Shown: positions 39,665-49,761 of the stretch, piece after piece
How positions within the stretch are numbered: position 1 is the stretch's first letter
Layout of the letters: each line of letters opens with the position of its first letter
Assembly (NCBI GenBank): GCA_963777295.1
Contig: CAVZPV010000005.1
Coordinates: 64,325 to 128,324, forward strand
Direction of reading: 5' to 3'
Source of the DNA: an uncultured Alphaproteobacteria bacterium
GTDB taxonomy: Bacteria; Pseudomonadota; Alphaproteobacteria; Sphingomonadales; Sphingomonadaceae
Length of the DNA stretch: 64,000 nucleotides
The notes under the pieces: generated by a model
What the model was told of the DNA's origin: nothing
The model's input: the letters and a program-made list of their open reading frames with translations, nothing else
Databases searched by the model: none
Made by a program: the position numbers and the translations under genes

Positions 39665-40336
39665 ATGTGGCAGCTCTACCAATTCCCGCTCTGCCCGTTT
39701 TCCCGCAAGGTCCGGCTGATGCTCGCCGAGAAGGCGATCGCGCATGAATTGGTGCGCGAGTCGCCCTGGGAGAAACGGGATGAGTTCGCCGACCTCAATC
39801 CGGCCGGCAAGACGCCGGTGCTGGTCGAGGAATTGCGCGGCATCGTCCTCATCGATTCGAACGCCATCTGCGAATATTTCGAGGAGACGGTCGACCGCGC
39901 GCCGATGATCCCGGGCACCGCGCCGAACCGGGCGGAGGTGCGGCGGCTGGTCGCCTGGTTCGACGAAGGACTGTTCGCGCAGGTTGTCGCGCCCCTGATG
40001 GAAGAAAGAATGCTGAAGCGGCTGGTCAACCGCGAGGCACCCGACACGCGCGTGCTGCGCGACGCGATGAAGACCGCCAACGCGCATCTCGACTATATCG
40101 ACTATCTCCTCGACCATCGGCGCTGGCTCGCCGGCGCCGCCCTGAGCCTCGCCGACCTCACCGCCGCCGTCCATCTTTCGGTCGCCGACTATCTCGGCGG
40201 CCTCGACTGGCGCGGCCACAAGCAGACCGCCGACTGGTATATGGTGATGAAGTCCCGGCCGAGCTTTCGGCCCCTGCTGGCGGAGCGGATGGAAGTGATC
40301 GTTCCGCCGGCCCATTACGACAAGGTGGATTTCTGA
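39665..40336 (+). CDS. fzlA: GST-like FtsZ-binding protein FzlA
   Basis: LYQFPLCPFSRKVRL.L.EK, LNPAG..PVL, DS.AICEY, KSRPSFRPLL.ER, PP.HY...DF. Confidence 0.85.
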   Translation: MWQLYQFPLCPFSRKVRLMLAEKAIAHELVRESPWEKRDEFADLNPAGKTPVLVEELRGIVLIDSNAICEYFEETVDRAPMIPGTAPNRAEVRRLVAWFDEGLFAQVVAPLMEERMLKRLVNREAPDTRVLRDAMKTANAHLDYIDYLLDHRRWLAGAALSLADLTAAVHLSVADYLGGLDWRGHKQTADWYMVMKSRPSFRPLLAERMEVIVPPAHYDKVDF

Positions 40337-40398
40337 GGCTCCGCCTTGACAGGCGGACCGGTCTTGCTCCCTGAAAGATGCTTCGTCCGGAGGTGCCC

Positions 40399-41395
40399 AT
40401 GAAGCTGCTGAGATTCTTCTCGCTTTTCCTCGCCGCCCTCATTGGTGTTAGCGCTAACGCGGCCTCGGCCCAGCCGCCTTCGCTGCACCGCGGCGTCAAC
40501 GTGCTCGGCTACGATCCGATCTGGACCGATCCGTCGCACGCCCGCTTCAAGCAGGCCTATTTCAAGACGATCCACGATGCCGGCTTCGATTTCATCCGGG
40601 TCAACCTCCAGGCCTTTCGCCACATGAAGCAGGATGGCGAGCTTGAGGATGCCTGGCTGAAGCGGCTCGACTGGGTGGTCGACAATGCCACTGCCGCCGG
40701 CCTCTCGGTGATCCTCGACGAGCATGATTTCGAGCTCTGCTCGGCGAACGTGGACACCTGCCGGATCGCGCTCGGCAATTTCTGGAAGCAGGTCGCGCCC
40801 CGCTATCGCAACGCCCCGCCGACGCGTGCTGTTCGAGCTGCTCAACGAGCCGCACGCGCAGCTCGACGCCGACCATTGGAACGCGCTGCTGGTGGACATG
40901 CTGGCGATCGTCCGCCGCAGCAATCCGACGCGGACCGTGGTGATCGGGCCGACGCAGTGGAACAGCCTCGACCAGCTGCCGACGCTGAAGCTGCCGGAGA
41001 ACGACCGCAACATCCTCGTCACGTTCCATTATTACGAGCCGTTCCGCTTCACCCATCAGGGCGCGTCCTGGACGAATATGACCGCGGTCCATGGAATCAC
41101 CTGGGGCAGCGAGGCGGACCGGGCGCGGCTGGCGGCGGATTTCGCCAAGGTCGCCGCCTGGTCGAAGCAGACGGGGCGGCCGGTCCTGCTCGGCGAGTTC
41201 GGCGCCTACGACAAGAGCGGCACGCCGATCGAGCTCCGCGCCGCCTACGTCAACGCGGTCGCGCGCGAGGCGGAGAAGGACGGCTTTCCCTGGTCTTATT
41301 GGCAGTTCGACAGCGACTTCATCCTCTTCGACGTGACGAAGGATCAGTGGGTGAAGCCGATCCTCGATGCGTTGATCCCGCCGTCGAGACGTTAG
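40399..41395 (+). CDS. Glycoside hydrolase family 5 (endoglucanase-like; frameshifted near 40825)
   Basis: Signal peptide; RGVN, FELLNEP (acid/base), TFHYY.PF.FTHQGA.W, LGEFG (nucleophile). Confidence 0.9.
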
Positions 41396-41433
41396 CCGAA
41401 GCGGGCCCGGGTTCCCGAGACGATTGCCTTTTC

Positions 41434-41502
41434 TGATCCCCGGCGAAAGCGGGGGCCAAATCAACCGCGGTCCTGCTGGACCCCGGCTTTCGCCGGGGAT
41501 CA
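41434..41502. repeat. REP-like palindrome TGATCCCCGGCGAAAGC ... GCTTTCGCCGGGGATCA
   Basis: Perfect 17-bp terminal inverted arms between convergent genes. Confidence 0.88.
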
Positions 41503-41516
41503 AGTGGGACGAGCCG

Positions 41517-42242
41517 TCAGGCGGCGACGCGCAGCCGCGCCTCGTAGCGGTCGGCGAGCGCCCGGAGCGCCGCGGCGCCGTCGCCGCGAAAGGAGGCGCC
41601 GTGCATCAGCGCCAGCGTTGCCGGCTCCAGCTCAGCGAGACGGCGCAATGTCGGCGCCGTCCGCGGGCCGAGGCTGGTCGAGGCAAACATGTCCTCCGCC
41701 GCCATGGCCGGTTCGACGATGTCCTGCTCCGTCACGGGACCCTCGTTGCCGACATGGGCGAAGAGATCGCCGCAGAAGAGCGTGCGCGTGGTTTCCTCGA
41801 AGGCGGCCTGCGCTTCCCAGGCATGCGGCACATGCGGCGTCGGCAGGATGCGGATGCGCTTGCCGCCGAGATCGAGCACCTCGCCTTCGGCCAGAGCGCG
41901 CGGCGGGCGGTCGGCGAGATCGTTGAGCGAGACGTCGCAACCGAGCGGGTTGAACACGATCCGCGCCTGCGGGGCGGCGGCGAGCCACAGGTTCATCGCG
42001 CCGCATTCGTCCAATTCGACATGGCCGAAGCTGATCCAGCGCAGCTTTTCGACCGGCATGATTCGCGCCACCGCGGCCGAGACCAAAGGGAACATGCCGC
42101 GCCCGCCGCAATGGTAGAGGAAGGGCTCGTCGGCCAGCACCAGGAATTGGTTGAAGGTGAAGCCGGCCGGCGGCGCGACTTGCGGCACGAAGGTGGAAAG
42201 GCGATAAATTCCGTTCGCGATTTCGTCGATCCGGGTTTCCAT
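41517..42242 (-). CDS. Metallo-beta-lactamase-fold protein (FprA/ODP-like di-iron type)
   Basis: FTFNQFL, FGHVELDECG (HxExD), TPHVPHAW, LFCGDLF, MHG. Confidence 0.8.
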   Translation of the reverse strand: METRIDEIANGIYRLSTFVPQVAPPAGFTFNQFLVLADEPFLYHCGGRGMFPLVSAAVARIMPVEKLRWISFGHVELDECGAMNLWLAAAPQARIVFNPLGCDVSLNDLADRPPRALAEGEVLDLGGKRIRILPTPHVPHAWEAQAAFEETTRTLFCGDLFAHVGNEGPVTEQDIVEPAMAAEDMFASTSLGPRTAPTLRRLAELEPATLALMHGASFRGDGAAALRALADRYEARLRVAA

Positions 42243-42291
42243 TCGAAGCTCCATCCGAAAGGCCTTGAATCAAAGGGCTAGGCAGCGCTTG

Positions 42292-42306
42292 GAACATGCG
42301 ACGAAC
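42292..42306. promoter_or_regulatory. Putative LexA box GAAC-N7-GAAC
   Basis: gaac-atgcgac-gaac in the 100-bp divergent intergenic region. Confidence 0.5.
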
Positions 42307-42342
42307 TTGCCACCGGCGCAACAATGAGGATGGATCCCGGCG

Positions 42343-44037
42343 ATGACGCAAATCGTGAAATCGATCATGGGCCTGGCGGCCGCTTGTCTCATTGTCGGCG
42401 CGGCGCCGGCGCCCAGGCCGGTCAAGCCCACCGATCCCCGCTCCTGGGCGCCGATCAGCCCCGCGCGCATGTCGGCGATCGTGAAGACGATCGCGTCCGA
42501 CCCGTTCGAAGGGCGCGGACCCGGCACCCCCGGCGAGAAGAAGACCATCGACTATCTCGCCGCGCAGTTTCGGGCCCTGGGCCTTGAACCGGCGGGGCCG
42601 CATGGCAGCTGGTTCCAGACCGTGCCTTTGGTACACACCCAGCTGGACAAGAACGGCACCGCCTCCTTTTCGCTGAAGGGTCAGACCGTTCCGCTGCGTT
42701 TCCCGGACGACATCTATCTCGGCACGGTGCGGGAGACGGAACGGGCGAAGATCGAGAACGCGCCGATCGTCTTCGTCGGCTACGGCGTCAATGCGCCGGA
42801 GCGGGGCTGGGACGATTACAAGGGCATCGATCTGCACGGCAAGATCGCGCTCTTCCTTGTCAACGATCCGGATTTCGAGGCCGCGCCCGGTGAGCCGGCG
42901 GCGGGCAAGTTCGGCGGCAAGGCGATGACTTATTATGGCCGCTGGACCTACAAATATGAGGAAGCGGCGCGGCGCGGCGCGATCGGCGCGCTGATCGTGC
43001 ATGAGAGCGCGGCGGCGGGCTATGGCTGGAACATTGTCCAGGCCTCGGGCGGCGAGAGCTATAACATCGTGCTCGGGCCCCACGATCCGCGGCCAGTGCT
43101 GCTCCAGGGCTGGATCCAGCGGCCTGTGGCGGTGGACCTGTTCCGCCGCGCCGGCCTCGATTTCGAGACGGTGAAGAAGCAGGCCCGTTCGCCCGATTTC
43201 CATCCGATCGATCTCGGCGCGCGCTTCTCGGCCGATTTCGCTGTCGCCAGCAAGCGCGTCGAAAGCCACAATGTGCTGGCCAAGATCACAGGGACGAAAC
43301 ATCCGGACGAGACGATCCTGTTCGGCGCGCATTGGGACGCCTACGGCCTCGGCGCGCCGGACGCGCGCGGCCGGCGCATCCGCCCCGGCGCCGCTGACGA
43401 CGGGCTCGGCATCGCCGGCGTTCTGGAGATCGCCCGCGCCTTCAAAGCGGGCCCGCGACCGGACCGCACCCTGATCTTCGCCGCCTGGACGGCCGAGGAG
43501 CGCGGCCTGCTCGGCTCGGAATATTTTTCCGCCCATCCGCTCTATCCGGCCGACAAGATGGTCGCCGACATCACGCTCGACACGCTGGAGCCCCTCGGCC
43601 CATCGCGCGACGTCATCCTGATCGGCCAGGGTCAGGACACGCTTGAAGACATGATGGCGCGGCTTGCGGCGGCGCAGGGGCGGACCGTCACGCCGGATTC
43701 GCACCCCGAACGCGGCCTCTTCTACCGGGCCGACCATTTCTCGGCGGCGAAGCGCGGCGTCCCGGTGCTCCTGTTCATGGCGCTCGGCGCCGGGCCGGAT
43801 CTGGTCAATGGCGGCCGTGAAGCCGGGGACCGCTGGGTCAGCGACTATACCGCCCATTGCTACCACCAGACCTGCGACGAATGGCGGCCGGACTGGGATC
43901 TGCGCGGCGCCGCGCAGGACGTCGCGCTCGCTTATGCGATCGGGCGGGAGCTGGCCTTCAGCCGCGCGTGGCCGGAATGGAAGCCGGGATCGGAGTTTCG
44001 TCCGATCCGGGAACGCTCGGCGGCGGCGCGTCGCTGA
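42343..44037 (+). CDS. M28 family metallopeptidase with PA domain
   Basis: SD.FEGR.PGT.GE, YYGRWTYKYEEA, AHWD, GA.DD..G, AEERGLLGS, YRADHF, YHQ..DE. Confidence 0.92.
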   Translation: MTQIVKSIMGLAAACLIVGAAPAPRPVKPTDPRSWAPISPARMSAIVKTIASDPFEGRGPGTPGEKKTIDYLAAQFRALGLEPAGPHGSWFQTVPLVHTQLDKNGTASFSLKGQTVPLRFPDDIYLGTVRETERAKIENAPIVFVGYGVNAPERGWDDYKGIDLHGKIALFLVNDPDFEAAPGEPAAGKFGGKAMTYYGRWTYKYEEAARRGAIGALIVHESAAAGYGWNIVQASGGESYNIVLGPHDPRPVLLQGWIQRPVAVDLFRRAGLDFETVKKQARSPDFHPIDLGARFSADFAVASKRVESHNVLAKITGTKHPDETILFGAHWDAYGLGAPDARGRRIRPGAADDGLGIAGVLEIARAFKAGPRPDRTLIFAAWTAEERGLLGSEYFSAHPLYPADKMVADITLDTLEPLGPSRDVILIGQGQDTLEDMMARLAAAQGRTVTPDSHPERGLFYRADHFSAAKRGVPVLLFMALGAGPDLVNGGREAGDRWVSDYTAHCYHQTCDEWRPDWDLRGAAQDVALAYAIGRELAFSRAWPEWKPGSEFRPIRERSAAARR

Positions 44038-45013
44038 GCGCCCGTCCGGAGTCGCGGAACGCCGCTTTCACCTGCGACACCGGCAGCCGGTCGAAGACGA
44101 CCGGCTGCGCGGGCGGCCCGGATGCGGCCGTCGCTGCGGCCGCGGGCGTCGGGGCGAAGGCATCGGCGAGGATGGGCAGCGTCGGCGCGACGCGGCTCAC
44201 CGAAGCGGGCAGGCGGGTCGCCATCAGTACCGAGGGCATTTGCTCGTGTCGGGCATAGGCTTGGCGGAACGCGCCGGGTTCGCCCCAGGCGCCGGGCAGG
44301 CGGTAGAAACTGTGCGCGCCGATCACCGCCACTTTGGCGAGGCGGAAGGCCCAGGCGGGGACGACCTGCTGGGTGTGGTAATGGGTTGCCTCGCCGACGG
44401 GGGCGTAGACATAGCCCGCCAGCGCCTCGGCGGCGATGCGGCGCGCCTCCGCCCAGGCCAGGCCGGACGGAGCCACCGCAAGCGAACCGTCGCACGTAAA
44501 CGTGAACTGACAGCCGCCGCCGGCGCGCTGCGGCCCCTGATAGACGACGCCGCAGACGCTGTTCGGGAAAGCGGGATGACGCACGCGGTTCAGCACCACC
44601 TGGGCGACGGCGCGCTGACCGTCCTCACTCTCGGAACGCGCCTCGTAATAGACGGCTTGAGCAAGGCAATCTTCCGAACGAAGCTGGTCGACCGCGTCGG
44701 CCGCGCGAAAGATGACCGACGGCGCGCGCGGATTGTCGATGGCTGCGATCGGGATGGAGGCGTTGATCTGCGCGGCATCCGTTGGCGAGACGTTCTGCAG
44801 CACCATCGGCGGGGGCGGCGGAGGGGCATCCGAGGGCGCGGGCGGCGCGACGGAGCCCGATCTCGCGGCGGCGAATGCCGATCCGCCGGGGCCGTAAGCG
44901 GCGCCGGCGGGCACGCAGGACGCTGCGCCGACGAGCAAAACCGCAACCAGCCCGCCGCGCGTCGCGAGCGGAAGACTGCTCGATCCTTTCCTGCGCAGCG
45001 TGTGTTTTGCCAC
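43958..45013 (-). CDS. Cell wall hydrolase, SleB family
   Basis: CLAQAVYYEARSE, GQRAVAQVVLNRV, VCGVVYQG, CQFTFTCDGS, ATHYH, IGAH.FY; 3' end uncertain. Confidence 0.9.
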   Translation of the reverse strand: MAKHTLRRKGSSSLPLATRGGLVAVLLVGAASCVPAGAAYGPGGSAFAAARSGSVAPPAPSDAPPPPPPMVLQNVSPTDAAQINASIPIAAIDNPRAPSVIFRAADAVDQLRSEDCLAQAVYYEARSESEDGQRAVAQVVLNRVRHPAFPNSVCGVVYQGPQRAGGGCQFTFTCDGSLAVAPSGLAWAEARRIAAEALAGYVYAPVGEATHYHTQQVVPAWAFRLAKVAVIGAHSFYRLPGAWGEPGAFRQAYARHEQMPSVLMATRLPASVSRVAPTLPILADAFAPTPAAAATAASGPPAQPVVFDRLPVSQVKAAFRDSGRALSDAPPPSVPGSDETPIPASIPATRG

Positions 45014-45163
45014 TGTGGGTTCGCCCTCGCGCCCGGGTTGAGACGGGGCGCAAGCGTGGCTTAGGCACATTCATCCGCGCAATTCTGCCCCCCAATTCCA
45101 ACTGTCCCGGATGGGGACGACGCGCAGGTCACCCTTACCGGTGCGCGGGAGGGCGGCGCGTCC

Positions 45164-45423
45164 TCAAATCAGCATCCACGCAAACAGATAAATGACGACC
45201 AAGGCCGAGAGCGACAGAATGCCGACCGAGCGGCGGCTGATCACGGCCGCGGCGACCAACACGGTCGGCACGGCATCGGTGGCGATGGCGACGCCCGAGA
45301 CCGTCCCACGCATCGCCCAGAACAGGCCGAAGACGATGAGGTTGCAGAGCCAGATCCCTTCGCCAGCCGATAGACGGGCACCATGTCGTTCCCCTCGAAC
45401 CGCTCGATGACCATGAACAGCAT
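45164..45423 (-). pseudogene. DUF3303-like N-terminal fragment joined to a membrane-protein fragment
   Basis: gggagg RBS + MLFMVIERFEGNDMVPVYR, after which the resemblance stops; another frame gives a hydrophobic 60-aa tail ending at 45164. Confidence 0.4.
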
Positions 45424-45538
45424 CGCGATTCCTCCCGATGTCCTTTCTACCAGAGGAACGGCGAAGCCAGCGAATCCGCGATGGATCGGATAGCGCGTCG
45501 AGAACGTTGGGGAGCCGTTCAGAGAGGAATTCCCCTGT

Positions 45539-47095
45539 ATGCGTAAGGCGTTGGTGTGCGTTTCGCTGGCGGCGATGGTTGTCGGCGGGTGTCAGCAGTC
45601 GGGCGGAAATGGCGCTGAGCAGAAGAGTGGCGCGACGAGCCAGGAGCTGGCGCAGATCGCTCCGCAGGACCTGCAGGCTGCGGCGACGGACAAGAATGTC
45701 CGCGGTTTCTACGAGGCACGGAACTGGAGCGCCGTCTGGACCAAGAATCTGACCAAGGATTTGCGCGCCGCCCTTGCCGACGCGCCGCGCCATGCACTCA
45801 AGACCGAAAGCTTCCTCGACGAGACGAAGGGCGGCACCCCGGCCGAGCGTGACGTCGCGCTGACCAAGGCCGCGCTCGATTATGCGAGTGCGCTCGCCTT
45901 TGGCGTCGTCGATCCGAAGAAGGTCTTCGATCCCTATACCGTGCCGCGTTCGAAATTCGATCTGCAGGCCGGCCTCCAGCAGGCGGTGGCGCAGGGCCAT
46001 GTCAAGGATTGGCTGGCGAGCCTCGCCCCGTCCGATCCTGAATATAAGGCCCTCTCCGACGCCTTCCTCCATTATCGCCAGATGTCGGCGGGCCCGCAGC
46101 AGCAGCCGATACCCAATGGCGACAAGATCCAGCAGGGCCACCGCGACCCGCGTATCCCCGCCATCGCCGCGGCGCTGCGCCGCTACGGCTTCACCGACGC
46201 CTCAACCGCGCAAGCGGCGTCCGGGCAGAATGCGAAGCCGGTCGATCCCGCCCGCTACACGAAGCAGATGGCCTCCGAGATCGCTCGGGTGCAGCTCGAT
46301 TATGGCATCAAGCCAGACGGGATCATCGGCAATGACACGCTGGAGGCGCTGAACAACGGCGCGGTCGAGCGCGCCCGCATCCTCGCGGTGAACCTGGAGC
46401 GCCGCCGCTGGCTGGATCGCAATCCGCCGGCGACCCGGATCGACGTCAACACCGCTGCCGCGATCCTGACCTACTGGCGGGACGGGCAGATGGCGAACAG
46501 CCGCCGCGTCGTCGTCGGTCAGCCGGGCTGGGAGACCCCCGAGATCGGCGCCCATATCTTCCGCCTCGTCGCCAATCCGGACTGGACCATCCCCGACAAG
46601 ATCGCCGACGAGGAAGTAAAGCCCAAGGGCGCGGCCTATATGGCCAAGCAGCATATCGTCACGAAGAACGGCAGGCTGGTCCAGGAATCCGGGCCCGACA
46701 ATGCGCTCGGCCAAGTCAAGTTCGATATGGACGATCCCTATGCCATCTATCTCCACGACACGCCGGCCAAGGCCCTGTTCGCCAGCCCGGATCGCCACGA
46801 CAGCCACGGCTGCACGCGGGTAGAGGATGCGCTCGGCTTCGCGCGAATGATCGCCGACGAGCAGGGCATCAGGAACCAGTTCGAGCAGGCGCTGGCGACC
46901 GGGAAGGAGAGCTACGTGCCGCTGCCGCAACCGATCCCGGTGCGGCTGATGTACCAGACCGCCTATCTGGAGAATGGCCGCGTCGTGTTCCGGCCCGATC
47001 CCTATGGCTGGGACGACAAGCTCGCTCTCGCGCTTGGCTTCAACACCCAGCTCCGCCACCGCCAGCTCAAGCACATCGAGTCACTGGCGCCGTAA
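45539..47095 (+). CDS. L,D-transpeptidase (YcbB/LdtD-like) lipoprotein
   Basis: Lipobox VVGGC; PG-binding DGIIG..T; VNLER.RW; NP.W..P; GP.NALG.VKF; IYLHDTP; SHGC.RV. Confidence 0.92.
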   Translation: MRKALVCVSLAAMVVGGCQQSGGNGAEQKSGATSQELAQIAPQDLQAAATDKNVRGFYEARNWSAVWTKNLTKDLRAALADAPRHALKTESFLDETKGGTPAERDVALTKAALDYASALAFGVVDPKKVFDPYTVPRSKFDLQAGLQQAVAQGHVKDWLASLAPSDPEYKALSDAFLHYRQMSAGPQQQPIPNGDKIQQGHRDPRIPAIAAALRRYGFTDASTAQAASGQNAKPVDPARYTKQMASEIARVQLDYGIKPDGIIGNDTLEALNNGAVERARILAVNLERRRWLDRNPPATRIDVNTAAAILTYWRDGQMANSRRVVVGQPGWETPEIGAHIFRLVANPDWTIPDKIADEEVKPKGAAYMAKQHIVTKNGRLVQESGPDNALGQVKFDMDDPYAIYLHDTPAKALFASPDRHDSHGCTRVEDALGFARMIADEQGIRNQFEQALATGKESYVPLPQPIPVRLMYQTAYLENGRVVFRPDPYGWDDKLALALGFNTQLRHRQLKHIESLAP

Positions 47096-47101
47096 TTCTC
47101 C

Positions 47102-47170
47102 GTCACTCCCGCGAAAGCGGACGTTCGCTGAAAAGGCAGGAAGCGGGATTCCCGCTTTCGCGGGAATGAC
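47102..47170. repeat. RPE/REP-like palindrome GTCACTCCCGCGAAAGCGG ... CCGCTTTCGCGGGAATGAC
   Basis: About 19-bp inverted arms directly after the L,D-transpeptidase stop. Confidence 0.85.
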
Positions 47171-47201
47171 CGCTCTGTGTATGGCACCAGCGGAGGTGCC
47201 A

Positions 47202-48629
47202 ATGAAAAAGCTGCTGATCCTGCCTCTTCTTCTTGCCGCCGCCGCGCCAGTGCCGCGGCCAGCGTCGCCGCATTTCGCTCCGGCGGATGCTGCGTTCGTT
47301 GCCTATGCACAGCCGAATCTGCTCTTCGAGCATGTCCAGCTCGTCGACGGGACCGGCGCCGCGCCGAAGCAGGACGTCTCCGTTCTCGTGCGCGACGGAC
47401 GGATCGCGGCGATCGGCGCCAACTTAACGGCACCTCCGGGCGTCACCGTGATCAACGGACGCGGCAAGACCTTGCTGCCGGGCTTCGTGATGGTCCACGA
47501 GCATATGTTCTATCCCTCGCCCAAGAGTGGGGAATATGAGGAATATCCCTACAGCATGTCGCGCCTCTATCTCGCCGGCGGCACGACGACAATGCGGACC
47601 GGCGGCAGTCTCGCGCCTTATGGCGACATCAATACGGCTCACGCCATCGCCGAGGGGCGCCAGCCGGGGCCAGACATCGATGCGACCGGGCCCTATCTCG
47701 AAGGCCCGCATCTGCTCAGCGCCAAGATGGCGCAATTGAAGGACGCCGCCGACGCCACCCGCACCGTCGATTATTGGGCCGGCGCCGGCGCGACCTCGTT
47801 CAAGGCCTATAATTATATCACCCGCGCGGAGCTGAAGGCGGCGATCGACGCCGCGCACCGGCACGGGCTGAAGCTCACTGGCCACCTCTGCTCGGTCACC
47901 TACAATGAAGCCGCGGCCATGGGCATCGACAATCTCGAGCACGGCTTCGCCGTCGCCACCGATTTCGTGAAGGACAAGAAGCCCGACCAATGCCCGCCGC
48001 AAAGTGCGGGCGTTGCCGCACTCAACGCGCTCGATCCGGACGGGCAGGAGATCGGCGCCCTGATGCGGACCCTGATCGATCGCCACGTCGCCTTGACCTC
48101 GACGCTGACCGTGTTCGAGACCTTCGCGCCCGGCCGGCCCGAAGCGCCCGAGTCGGCGCGCGCCCTGCTGACGCCGCAGCTTCGCGCCGCCTATGAGACG
48201 ACGTGGACGGCGATCCAGCACTCGCCCCGGGCGGCGATCTGGCGCGAGTTCCTGCCGAAGGAGATGCGGATGGAGCGGCGCTTCGTCGCGATGGGCGGCA
48301 CCCTGCTCGCGGGCACGGATCCGACCGGCTACGGCGGCGTCGTCCCCGGCTGGTCGGGACGGCGGCAGGTGCAATTGCTGGTCGAGGAGGGCTTTTCCTT
48401 TCCCGAGGCGCTCAAGATCGCGACGCTGAACGGCGCCCATTATCTCGGCCGCGACCGCGACGTCGGTTCGGTGGAGGTCGGCAAGCGCGCCGACCTGATC
48501 CTGATCGAGGGAGATCCGGTCCACGATGCCGCGGCGCTCGACCATATGTCCACCGTGTTCAAGGCCGGAATCGGCTACGACACACAGAAAATCTTCGACG
48601 CGATGAAGGGCGTGATCGGCCTCTATTGA
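47202..48629 (+). CDS. Secreted amidohydrolase family protein
   Basis: Signal peptide; G.GKTLLPG...HEH, GH, LEHG, AGTD, AT.NGA..LG, G.VEVGKRADL. Confidence 0.9.
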   Translation: MKKLLILPLLLAAAAPVPRPASPHFAPADAAFVAYAQPNLLFEHVQLVDGTGAAPKQDVSVLVRDGRIAAIGANLTAPPGVTVINGRGKTLLPGFVMVHEHMFYPSPKSGEYEEYPYSMSRLYLAGGTTTMRTGGSLAPYGDINTAHAIAEGRQPGPDIDATGPYLEGPHLLSAKMAQLKDAADATRTVDYWAGAGATSFKAYNYITRAELKAAIDAAHRHGLKLTGHLCSVTYNEAAAMGIDNLEHGFAVATDFVKDKKPDQCPPQSAGVAALNALDPDGQEIGALMRTLIDRHVALTSTLTVFETFAPGRPEAPESARALLTPQLRAAYETTWTAIQHSPRAAIWREFLPKEMRMERRFVAMGGTLLAGTDPTGYGGVVPGWSGRRQVQLLVEEGFSFPEALKIATLNGAHYLGRDRDVGSVEVGKRADLILIEGDPVHDAAALDHMSTVFKAGIGYDTQKIFDAMKGVIGLY

Positions 48630-48643
48630 GACCGGATGCGCGT

Positions 48644-49615
48644 CTATTCTTGCGCGTCGGCGGCGAAGGCGGCGGCGGCGCCGAACAGGCCGGGCTCGGG
48701 ATAGGTGATGATCTTGACCGGCATCTCGTCCATGCGGCGCTCGAAGCGGCCCTTGGCGACGAAACGGCCGCGAAAGCCCGAACGCGGCAGATGGTCGACC
48801 AGCCGCCTGCCGAGGCCGCCGGCGATCACCACGCCCTCGGCGCCCTGCGCCAGCGCGATGTCGCCGGCGACCGCGCCAAGCGCGAGGCAGAAGCGGTCGA
48901 GCGCGGCGGCGGCGAGGCTGTCCTCGCCGGCCATGGCCGCGGTCCACAAGGCGCGCTCATCGCGGATCGTCGCCGGTCGGCCCTCGATATCGGCGAGCGC
49001 TTCGTAGAGGTTGGACAGGCCCTGGCCCGAGGCGACGCGCTCGACCGAGACGCGACGGTAGCGCTGGCGCAGCTGGATTAGGATTCGGTCCTCGAGCGAA
49101 TCGAGCGGCGCGAAATCGATATGGCCGCCCTCCGTCTCGATCACGTGATAACGCCCGTCCCGGTGAAGCAATTGGGCGACGCCCAGCCCGGTGCCGGGGC
49201 CGACGATGCTGACCACACCGTCCGCCGGGAGCGGCTGCGCTGGCCCGCAGAGGTGGCGGAAATGTTCGTCGCCAAGTTGGCCCACGGCATGGGCAATCGC
49301 GCCGAAATCATTGACCAGCTTGAACCGCTCCACCTTGAGCTGGCGGGGCAGCAAGGCCGGCTGGATGATCCAGGGATTGTTGGTGAGCTTCAGCACCTCG
49401 CCCTGGATCGGGCCGGCAATGGCGATGCCGGCCGCGGCGGGGAGCGGACGGCCGAGGCCAGCACCGAACGCCTCCCAGGCGGTCTGAAGGCTGGCATGCT
49501 CCGCCGCCTTCAGCGTGACCGCGTCCCCGAGCGAGACGACGCGCCCGTCCGACACCTGGGCCAGGGCGAAACGGGCGTGGGTGCCGCCGATATCGACGGC
49601 GACGATTTCGCTCAC
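48644..49615 (-). CDS. glk: Glucokinase
   Basis: DIGGTHARFA, AGP, LTN..W, NDF.A, GPGTGLG, TEGGH..FAP, S.ER..SG.GL, F..KGRF. Confidence 0.93.
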   Translation of the reverse strand: MSEIVAVDIGGTHARFALAQVSDGRVVSLGDAVTLKAAEHASLQTAWEAFGAGLGRPLPAAAGIAIAGPIQGEVLKLTNNPWIIQPALLPRQLKVERFKLVNDFGAIAHAVGQLGDEHFRHLCGPAQPLPADGVVSIVGPGTGLGVAQLLHRDGRYHVIETEGGHIDFAPLDSLEDRILIQLRQRYRRVSVERVASGQGLSNLYEALADIEGRPATIRDERALWTAAMAGEDSLAAAALDRFCLALGAVAGDIALAQGAEGVVIAGGLGRRLVDHLPRSGFRGRFVAKGRFERRMDEMPVKIITYPEPGLFGAAAAFAADAQE

Positions 49616-49761
49616 GCCCGCCTCTTCGTCGCGGTGCGGGCTGTCGGGATGGAGCAAAGTGTCACGGGTGAGACGATCCACCCGTCTCTCCTAGCGGCGA
49701 TTGCAAAAATCGCAACGCGGAGGATCGTCATCTTCTCGTTCTTTGACCCGTGGCGGGATCA

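Noticed and set aside
41632-43866. Long antisense ORFs (e.g. 744 aa here; also 16737..18602, 30024..31802, 49972..51573)
   Set aside because: Shadow ORFs expected in high-GC DNA opposite or overlapping well-supported genes; Arg/Ala/Pro-rich with no recognisable motifs.
43958-44037. 80-bp convergent overlap of the M28 peptidase and SleB hydrolase
   Set aside because: The overlapping tail is low-information and probably results from a missed stop or indel; there is no evidence of function.
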